Virus record (IMG/VR): IMGVR_UViG_3300027917_000041
Location: 8,451 to 72,450 of that record
DNA from: a virus
DNA length: 64,000 bases
Strand: one strand, 5' to 3'
The notes under the pieces are model-generated. The model saw nothing but the letters and a program-made list of their open reading frames with translations, did not search any database and was not told the origin of the DNA. Position 1 is the stretch's first letter. Each line of letters starts with the position of its first letter. A program made the position numbers and the translations under genes. Below are positions 57,505 through 64,000 of this stretch, piece by piece.

Positions 57505-58077
57505 ATGATAAGCAAAAAGCTTGTCGATTACTTAGTGATCGACCAAGATACAAATTTAAAATTTGCTATAGATGTAGAAGGCAGGAAATATCTTCTACCA
57601 CCCGATCTAACTATGCCAGATATACCTTCTATCACGCTTTCGGGCTTGGTGGTAACAATATCTGGCATTGACATATTTAATGAAGTAAACGTAGAACCAC
57701 CCGAAGTATACGTCACGGTTTCGGGGCTTAGTGAAAAATTTTATGAAGAAGTGTACCTACAAGGATACAACTCATCAAACTTTCCCAACATAAATAACTA
57801 CTACCCCATCCCCTACACGACCTATACTGTACAACCAAACGAAACTCTAGTCCTTACCTCGCTCGTCGCCGTTCAAGATAGAAATAAACAAAGTATACTC
57901 GCTTTTTACCGTGACGGTGTAAGAGAAAGAGAAATCCCCTTCATAACCGACCTAGGTATCAACTTTGAGAAGGGACATAGGTATTATGAAGGGGAGACAG
58001 TATCAATAAAGATAAAACCCGGTGATAAACGCACTAGGGTACAAGTATATGCAGATGGCTATATAATGGAGGAGTGA
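57505..58077 (+). CDS. Hypothetical (probably virion) protein
   Basis: Three T-x-S-G motifs; beta-rich. Confidence 0.5.
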   Translation: MISKKLVDYLVIDQDTNLKFAIDVEGRKYLLPPDLTMPDIPSITLSGLVVTISGIDIFNEVNVEPPEVYVTVSGLSEKFYEEVYLQGYNSSNFPNINNYYPIPYTTYTVQPNETLVLTSLVAVQDRNKQSILAFYRDGVREREIPFITDLGINFEKGHRYYEGETVSIKIKPGDKRTRVQVYADGYIMEE

Positions 58078-58078
58078 T

Positions 58079-58585
58079 ATGATTAGAAAAATAATATTTG
58101 GCATAATAACGGGTATTTTGCTTATAACTGGCTTAAGTGCATCAAATTCTGTGAGTTATAAGGTATTTCTACCTATAATATTCAAACCAAGAGAAACACA
58201 ATTATTGCAGTGTTCTCACTATTTACATGATAGTTATGGTATTAGTGCTGGCTATGTACAAGCGTGGGCATTAGTACAATACGAAGGAGATTATGCTGTA
58301 CAACTAATCCCTCAAAGCTATAACAATGGTAAGCCTGTAATATGGAGATGGGAAACACACACAGCTGCTCCTATTTTAGGTATACAGCCAGAACTAAACT
58401 TCTTATGGCAGAATCCTGATCCTGATACTTATTGGCATAGTAGCGGTGTTCCTATTACTGTAGGTTCAGCGTGGGAGGCTGTTACTCACATAGGTGGGTC
58501 TAAGGGTTATACTATTTATGCCTATGTGTTTCCAAAGTCTTACGGTAGTTATCCTATCAGGTGTACCCTACATCCACATGATTAG
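58079..58585 (+). CDS. Secreted protein with VFLPIIFK motif
   Basis: Signal peptide followed by YKVFLPIIFK. Confidence 0.6.
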   Translation: MIRKIIFGIITGILLITGLSASNSVSYKVFLPIIFKPRETQLLQCSHYLHDSYGISAGYVQAWALVQYEGDYAVQLIPQSYNNGKPVIWRWETHTAAPILGIQPELNFLWQNPDPDTYWHSSGVPITVGSAWEAVTHIGGSKGYTIYAYVFPKSYGSYPIRCTLHPHD

Positions 58586-58659
58586 TCTGTGAACCTTTAA
58601 TTGTTCTGTGGACTAAGGGATTTGGGGTGTGCCAGTCCGTGCCCTCCACATCGGCTGGC

Positions 58660-60420
58660 AATTCGGACAATTCAGGTCATATTTGTCCGAATAGGGGGGA
58701 TATCGGACAAAAACTATCCGAATTATCTACTTCAAATTGGAGTATTTCGGTCTAATTACTCTACTCTAAATCGGACAAAAACTATCCGAGTTATCTATTT
58801 ACTTGTGAAATACTTCACACCTATGGTACAGGAATGTTAAAGAATTCGCTTTAAGATACCTTAAAGAATTCGTTTAATGTTAAAGAATTCAGCTTTTAAG
58901 ATACCTTAACAAATTAAACCTTCATTAAAGGAAGATTAATAAAACCTTTCAAAATCGTTAAGATCAAAGTATGCTTTTTCAACTATAATGTATCTATGTT
59001 TGCGAGTAACAAACAAATCAAATCGAAAGTGGAGGTTTAAAATCATGGGCAAAAAAGCTTCAGAAATAACCAGAATTTTATCAGCGGTTTTCCAATTTGG
59101 TGAAACTATCATTAAGCTAAACGAAGAAAACCACAAAGCGGTTTTGGCGGGCTTGCTAAATATCCTCACATCGTATGCGGGCAACAACGATGCGATAGCT
59201 TCCCGTGAAACTGTCATGGATTTTATTTCGGATGTGAAAGTTTCCGAAATGAAACAATACCAAATCACTGTATCCGACGAAGTGAAAACAGTTTCTTGCG
59301 ATGGTGAAACCCTGCTTAACCTGCTTAATGCATGGGGTCAAGTTTCCACAGAATGGCATGTCGATCGTGGAGGCAAGAGGCAATACACGAAAGAATCACC
59401 CGCAAAGCTTGGAAGCTTGCAAAGCTAACTAATCAGACCAAATTACTCGCAAATCGGAGGGTGACACCAGTCACCCTCCAATCCTTATAAATAAGACCAG
59501 AATTATCTAAATTACAATCGGAGGCAAGATGACAGACCAGACAATTATCACCGGATTAGTCCAATTACTGACAAACTACCCAATTCATACCTTTTTTGTC
59601 GTGTTTTTTGTAGGCTTGCTACTCGGATTATTCAGACTAGAATTGTCCAAATTTCGTAGCTGATTGGAGGTGATCAAATCTAGATAATCCGGATGAATTT
59701 ACTCCGGATTATTTTTTTGGATCTAATTCGGACAATTCCGACCCAAATTGTCAACTCTGCGACGAATTGGACTATTCCTATCCGAATTGTCGTATTCAAC
59801 CCCAGGAGGATAATTCCGACAATTCCGACCGGCTTTGTCCAAATTGAGCCATGCCCGCTCGAATTCGGACTAATTGGATAGTTTTTGTCGCCTTTGGGCT
59901 TCGGCTAATTCGGACTAATAAGGTCTAATTTGTCGCCTCTGTGGTGGCTATACGCATATAACTGAAACTTAGGTAAATCAAACTTAGCTTTGTCAATAGG
60001 TAATGGCAAACTTAGCTTGTCCAAAATATGCAATTTCAAACTATGAAAAAGCTAACTTTTGTAAATCGGACAATTTTAGTCCAGTTTCCGTTGGTTTGGG
60101 ATGACAAACTTGGGTAATTTGGATATAGATTATCCTATTTATTGTACGATTCGTAGCAAAAGCATAGTTTGTTCTGTGCCGAAGTAAAGGGCGAGATAGC
60201 CTGTCCAAAAAATCCCCGGCTAAGTATGAAATGGCAAACTTTGGCTGTCCAAAAATTTCGGACAATTAAGGTCTAATTAGTCCAATTAAGGCTATACGCA
60301 TATAGGTGATACTTAGCTTTACCATACCTAGTAATGGCATAGTTAGGCTGTCCAAAATATCCGGCAATTCGGACAAAGTTTATCCAATTTGTCCTATTAG
60401 GCTATACGCATATGATTCCT
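58660..60420. repeat. Largely non-coding region of degenerate direct and inverted repeats
   Basis: ATCGGACAAAAACTATCCGA x2, AATGTTAAAGAATTC x2, GGCTATACGCATAT x3 (59946, 60290, 60400), AATGGCA...TGTCCAAAA x3, many TCGGA/TCCGA. Confidence 0.75.
59045..59428 (+). CDS. Hypothetical protein inside repeat region
   Basis: GGAGG RBS before MGKKASEIT; upstream TATAAT. Confidence 0.55.
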   Translation: MGKKASEITRILSAVFQFGETIIKLNEENHKAVLAGLLNILTSYAGNNDAIASRETVMDFISDVKVSEMKQYQITVSDEVKTVSCDGETLLNLLNAWGQVSTEWHVDRGGKRQYTKESPAKLGSLQS

Positions 60421-60714
60421 AAGTATGACTCGGCATAGTATGTGGGTGGTAGAATGGGTGAGCATACGGGTCAGTGTGTGTTTGTACTGAACCTCTCGAC
60501 TTCCCTAAGTATGCTTACTATATATTACTCTATATTGTATGCTACCTTATACTATGTAATACACAGTATGCTTTATCTATCTATGAATCTCCATACTACC
60601 CCTATCTATATAGCACTATTACTATTGATTTTACTATCTTTGATGTTTGTTTAGTCTGTTTGATTGTTTGCTTTTCCATAGTCTCACAGAGCTAACTTCA
60701 CCTTCTCACATTGG

Positions 60715-60743
60715 TTGACAATACTTAGTTTTCGTGGTATAAT
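60715..60743 (+). promoter_or_regulatory. Early promoter
   Basis: TTGACAATACTTAGTTTTCGTGGTATAAT. Confidence 0.85.
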
Positions 60744-60874
60744 GTATATAGTTTGGATAGCATAGATTGGTTTGGTTGGTCAAGGTTAGGCAAAGCTAGG
60801 TTTGGCAAATCTACCCTTTTCCATGTCGGCATTTAATCGGTTGTTTGATCTATCATAGTTTGAAGGAGCAAAAA

Positions 60875-61393
60875 ATGTCTTACCATAATGAGATAGCTGG
60901 GATTTACGAACCAAGTTTGGTCGAAATATTTGATAGGCTAAACTCGGAGGTATTCGATGGAAAGCTACCTACGCCTGATGCTTTGGCTTACGATTATAGA
61001 CCAAGCAATCGTAGGGGCGGGCAAATTTACTACCGATACTCAGATGGTCATTGTTACTACATCGTAGTTAGGGGGAAACAAAAAGACAATCCAAAGAACG
61101 TTGAGCTGACTATGCTTCACGAAATGTGCCACCTTTCTTTGATTGTCCAATTCTTTGAAAGCGACCTTCGGAACACCAATTATAGGATTAAGGATTTTGT
61201 CAAAGACAAATCTGGTACTTTCATCTTAGAGCTGGCTAAAGCTGCCATCAAGTACGGTTGCACATTTCGTGAATTGGAATGTTGGTCTGATGAGGATAGT
61301 CCTGACAAAGAAACCACAATTACTTCCAAGAAATACAATGAAATTCAATCCGCTAAATCATTGTTGGCTACTCTATCTCAGGGAGGCAAATAA
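60875..61393 (+). CDS. SprT-like zinc metalloprotease
   Basis: F..LN..VFDG.LP, G.., TMLHEMCH (HExxH); start MSYHN after AAGGAG. Confidence 0.8.
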   Translation: MSYHNEIAGIYEPSLVEIFDRLNSEVFDGKLPTPDALAYDYRPSNRRGGQIYYRYSDGHCYYIVVRGKQKDNPKNVELTMLHEMCHLSLIVQFFESDLRNTNYRIKDFVKDKSGTFILELAKAAIKYGCTFRELECWSDEDSPDKETTITSKKYNEIQSAKSLLATLSQGGK

Positions 61394-61800
61394 TGATCTT
61401 TCAAAACTTGATTGACTTCTTTCGACTGTTCAACGATAGCAAGCACATTGATAGGGTTACTATCATTCGGAGTACTGATGGCTTGCACAAAGTTGAGATG
61501 TACGATCTTAGGGATAACTTAGTAGCCGAGGCTAAGTTGAATTTCGTAAAAGGTTTACCAAGTTTGAAGATAACGTTTCAGGATCATCCTTTGGGTGCTC
61601 ATCTTGGGCTACGTCATACTTTCATGCCTTCCCAATTGGATGAAAAGTTGATTGCCGATTATTGGGAAAGACGAACTACACCCAAGCAAACTTCCAAGAA
61701 GGGTGCTAGACTCGGCAAGCTTTCTCGTATGAATCCAGAAGTCAAAAAACGACAAATTGCCTCAGCAAAAGCATTGTTGGCAACACTATCCAACCAATAG
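61393..61800 (+). CDS. Hypothetical early protein
   Basis: GGAGG RBS; C-terminus resembles that of the SprT-like protein. Confidence 0.6.
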   Translation: MIFQNLIDFFRLFNDSKHIDRVTIIRSTDGLHKVEMYDLRDNLVAEAKLNFVKGLPSLKITFQDHPLGAHLGLRHTFMPSQLDEKLIADYWERRTTPKQTSKKGARLGKLSRMNPEVKKRQIASAKALLATLSNQ

Positions 61801-61809
61801 GAGTTTGAA

Positions 61810-62052
61810 ATGCCAAAGTTCAATAATCAAGATGTAGATGTCAAAGAATTGGAAGCTGAGTTTGGTCATATCGAGTTTGTTTCCCTAGACCAAGCCATTC
61901 AAACTTTGCAACAGCTATGGTCGGAACCCGAACTTGAGGGTGATGACATTGAGGATGCAAGGATTGAATACCTACCAATGACCCTCGAAGATCGTGCCGA
62001 TAGAATACTAGAACAAGGATTGCGAATCCTAAAGGAGGGTGTCGATAGATAA
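61810..62052 (+). CDS. Acidic hypothetical protein
   Basis: AGGAG RBS. Confidence 0.6.
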   Translation: MPKFNNQDVDVKELEAEFGHIEFVSLDQAIQTLQQLWSEPELEGDDIEDARIEYLPMTLEDRADRILEQGLRILKEGVDR

Positions 62053-62077
62053 TTCTCTACCCATGATTGGGCTAAAG

Positions 62078-62107
62078 AAGCTCCACCGATTTTGGTGGGG
62101 CTTTTTT
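62078..62107 (+). terminator. Rho-independent terminator
   Basis: AAGCTCCACC-loop-GGTGGGGCTT then TTTT. Confidence 0.8.
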
Positions 62108-62171
62108 AGTTCCTCCAAACTTAGCTCAAAGTGGGGTAGCCCCGCCTTGACCAAACATAGGAGATACAAAG

Positions 62172-62501
62172 ATGGCTAAAACAAACATTGTAGTAATAAA
62201 CTCAGATGAAGTAAATTCAACAATGGCTTTCGATGATCCAAAGTCACTTATCAACTTTGCTGGTGAATACTTAGATGCATCTGACGATTGGTCTATTCCT
62301 TGCGAGATAATCTTGGTTCACAAAGATAATCAGGTTATCCGGCAAAGACTACATAAGGTATCTGACTTGATTGATTTCTTTCAAGGCTATTGTTCGGCAC
62401 TATGGCTTAGTGAAAGCAATCCTGTCAAACCTGACATGGACTGGACACAATGGGCAGACCAAAATACCATTAGCAAAGCCTATGACTCTAGGGATGCCTA
62501 A
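62172..62501 (+). CDS. Hypothetical early protein
   Basis: AGGAG RBS. Confidence 0.6.
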   Translation: MAKTNIVVINSDEVNSTMAFDDPKSLINFAGEYLDASDDWSIPCEIILVHKDNQVIRQRLHKVSDLIDFFQGYCSALWLSESNPVKPDMDWTQWADQNTISKAYDSRDA

Positions 62502-62547
62502 TAACTACAAAAGCAAACTATAACCTGTCAAAATATAGGAGACTAAC

Positions 62548-62793
62548 ATGAACCACAATGATTACATGAAAGAGTTTGGGATCGAAAATTCGCTCGAGCA
62601 TAGGGTGAAACTGATAGAACGCCAAGAACAGATTGAAGCCATGTATCGAGAGGATTTATTGGTAGCCAAAGTATCCCGCCAAGATAGACTTTGGATGGCT
62701 GGTATTCCCCAAATGCGATTCGTAACTAGGGATTTGAACTATACCCTGAATGTTACTCTTGATATTACCCCTATATGCTTTACGGAAAACTAA
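62548..62793 (+). CDS. Hypothetical early protein
   Basis: AGGAG RBS. Confidence 0.6.
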   Translation: MNHNDYMKEFGIENSLEHRVKLIERQEQIEAMYREDLLVAKVSRQDRLWMAGIPQMRFVTRDLNYTLNVTLDITPICFTEN

Positions 62794-62867
62794 CAAAAGC
62801 AAAGTTTGGTTTGTCAAACCCTGTGGAGAACCATACTTAGCCTGTCCATAAAATTAGGAGACAAAAA

Positions 62868-63143
62868 ATGCCAGATGTAGGAATGCTCGATAAGTACGTA
62901 AATGAAAATATAACCCTGACGATTGACCTTGATAGGTATGGTCAGGATGCCCAAGACCCAATGATTGTAAAGGGGTTCTTAGAGAAGTCAAAGACCAACA
63001 GGTATGAATATGAGCTAACTTTGCCCGATTGGTTTATTACCATCCGGTTTGTTCCAACTTCGGCACAAGTAACTTTGCAACTGGATGATGAAGGCAATGT
63101 CTATGATATTGCTATCTTGGTTCTATGTTTGGAGGATTCCTAA
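62868..63143 (+). CDS. Hypothetical early protein
   Basis: AGGAG RBS. Confidence 0.6.
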   Translation: MPDVGMLDKYVNENITLTIDLDRYGQDAQDPMIVKGFLEKSKTNRYEYELTLPDWFITIRFVPTSAQVTLQLDDEGNVYDIAILVLCLEDS

Positions 63144-63355
63144 TGTCACCAATGAAGTATGATCCTGAAAGTGGAACGTTCGTAGAAAGCGAAGGCTGGC
63201 GTAGCTGGGGATGTACGCTATTCTTAGTTGAATACCTAATTTCGCTGGTCTTGATTGCTTGGCAATTTATAATCTATGCTATTGCCTTTGCTGTTTTAGG
63301 CATTCCGATTGCATTGATTGTAATTGCTGTATTGGCTTTGTTTGGGCTAATATAG
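63143..63355 (+). CDS. Small membrane protein
   Basis: Start MSPMKY; long hydrophobic C-terminus. Confidence 0.55.
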   Translation: MSPMKYDPESGTFVESEGWRSWGCTLFLVEYLISLVLIAWQFIIYAIAFAVLGIPIALIVIAVLALFGLI

Positions 63356-63363
63356 GAGGCAAT

Positions 63364-63555
63364 ATGAATGGTTCAATTAATGTCCGCTATCAATTCATTT
63401 CAACTAATAAATTTATAGTTGTAAATGTCTATGATGGCACAGCGACTCTTAGCGTGATAGGTGATGGCCGCAAAGTTACAGAAATCAAACTTACACCAGA
63501 AGAGCTTGCAAATCTAACAATTTTCCTAAAAGAAGTTAATATTGTAGAGGTCTAA
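63364..63555 (+). CDS. Hypothetical protein
   Basis: Start MNGSIN after AGGAGG. Confidence 0.55.
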   Translation: MNGSINVRYQFISTNKFIVVNVYDGTATLSVIGDGRKVTEIKLTPEELANLTIFLKEVNIVEV

Positions 63556-63557
63556 CA

Positions 63558-64000
63558 ATGGAAGCACAATATATGTTAATAGAAAGAATCTATGATGGTG
63601 ATAGCTACCACAATCCTAGGATACTAGGCGTGTTCACCAATATGCTTGCCGTAGAAAGGTTTATACAAACTTCGACTGATTACGAATTACCTGATGGTAA
63701 GAAACCTAAGTTTGTTTCCTGTCGTCAGCTCATCGAATTTCCGGTTGGAGATACCCGTTACCAGTTAGAATTGACAAGCATTCCGCTCAATCCGTACAAT
63801 AGGATTGGTGAGCTAGCCGACCAGTTTGCGGATGAACCGTCATTCTTAGAACATGAAAATAACTTCCAAGCTCAGTCCAGTTTCTTAGCCCATCTAAAGA
63901 ACGGCATATCTGTTCATCTATGGTTTGGTAAGGATAGATTGGATTTGCAATTTTGGGGTTGGGCTATTGTCCTGCTGGAAGATGGAACTTGGTTTTGGGA
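63558..64000 (+). CDS. Hypothetical protein, truncated by window edge
   Basis: ATG after GAGG; frame appears open to the end (MEAQYMLIERIYDGD...). Confidence 0.5.
   Translation, partial: MEAQYMLIERIYDGDSYHNPRILGVFTNMLAVERFIQTSTDYELPDGKKPKFVSCRQLIEFPVGDTRYQLELTSIPLNPYNRIGELADQFADEPSFLEHENNFQAQSSFLAHLKNGISVHLWFGKDRLDLQFWGWAIVLLEDGTWFW

Noticed and set aside
58660-60420. Possible CRISPR array, with the Cas4-like nuclease at 6713 as a cas gene
   Set aside because: Repeats are degenerate and irregularly spaced (344 and 110 bp between GGCTATACGCATAT copies). The nuclease sits in the recombination cluster with no other cas genes.
59693-60695. ORFs 59693, 60041, 60442 and 60474, and likewise 58601 upstream
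   Set aside because: They lie in low-complexity repeat DNA, lack RBSs and have aberrant composition.

Overview
A 64-kb segment of a large, AT-rich tailed dsDNA phage genome (siphovirus-like; host unknown, with weak sequence hints toward a sortase-using Chloroflexota bacterium). From left to right: (i) a minus-strand replication, recombination and methylation arm with two DNA MTases, a dNMP kinase, exonucleases, a Holliday junction resolvase, DnaB, a gp32-like SSB, RecA, PolA and RNase HI, plus an LPKTG sortase-substrate surface protein. (ii) A dense minus-strand array of 28 tRNA genes covering all 20 amino acids. (iii) A strand switch with divergent sigma70-type promoters, followed by small ORFs. 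(iv) An 8-gene sugar-modification island directly upstream of TerL. (v) A head-tail-lysis module with a GT4 inside it and a canonical -1 frameshift tail chaperone. (vi) A mostly non-coding repeat region and an early-gene block. The main find is a 187-nt minimal RNase P RNA (16139-16325) inside the tRNA array. It has an intact catalytic domain with compensatory base changes and almost no specificity domain. It is co-transcribed with tRNAs, and 27 of the 28 tRNA genes end in CCT rather than CCA. Together these suggest a phage-encoded, ribozyme-based tRNA maturation system. A second candidate system is virion O-glycosylation: the sugar island co-occurs with strong Ser-Gly motif enrichment in outer virion proteins. 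All calls come from manual reading; no database searches were run.
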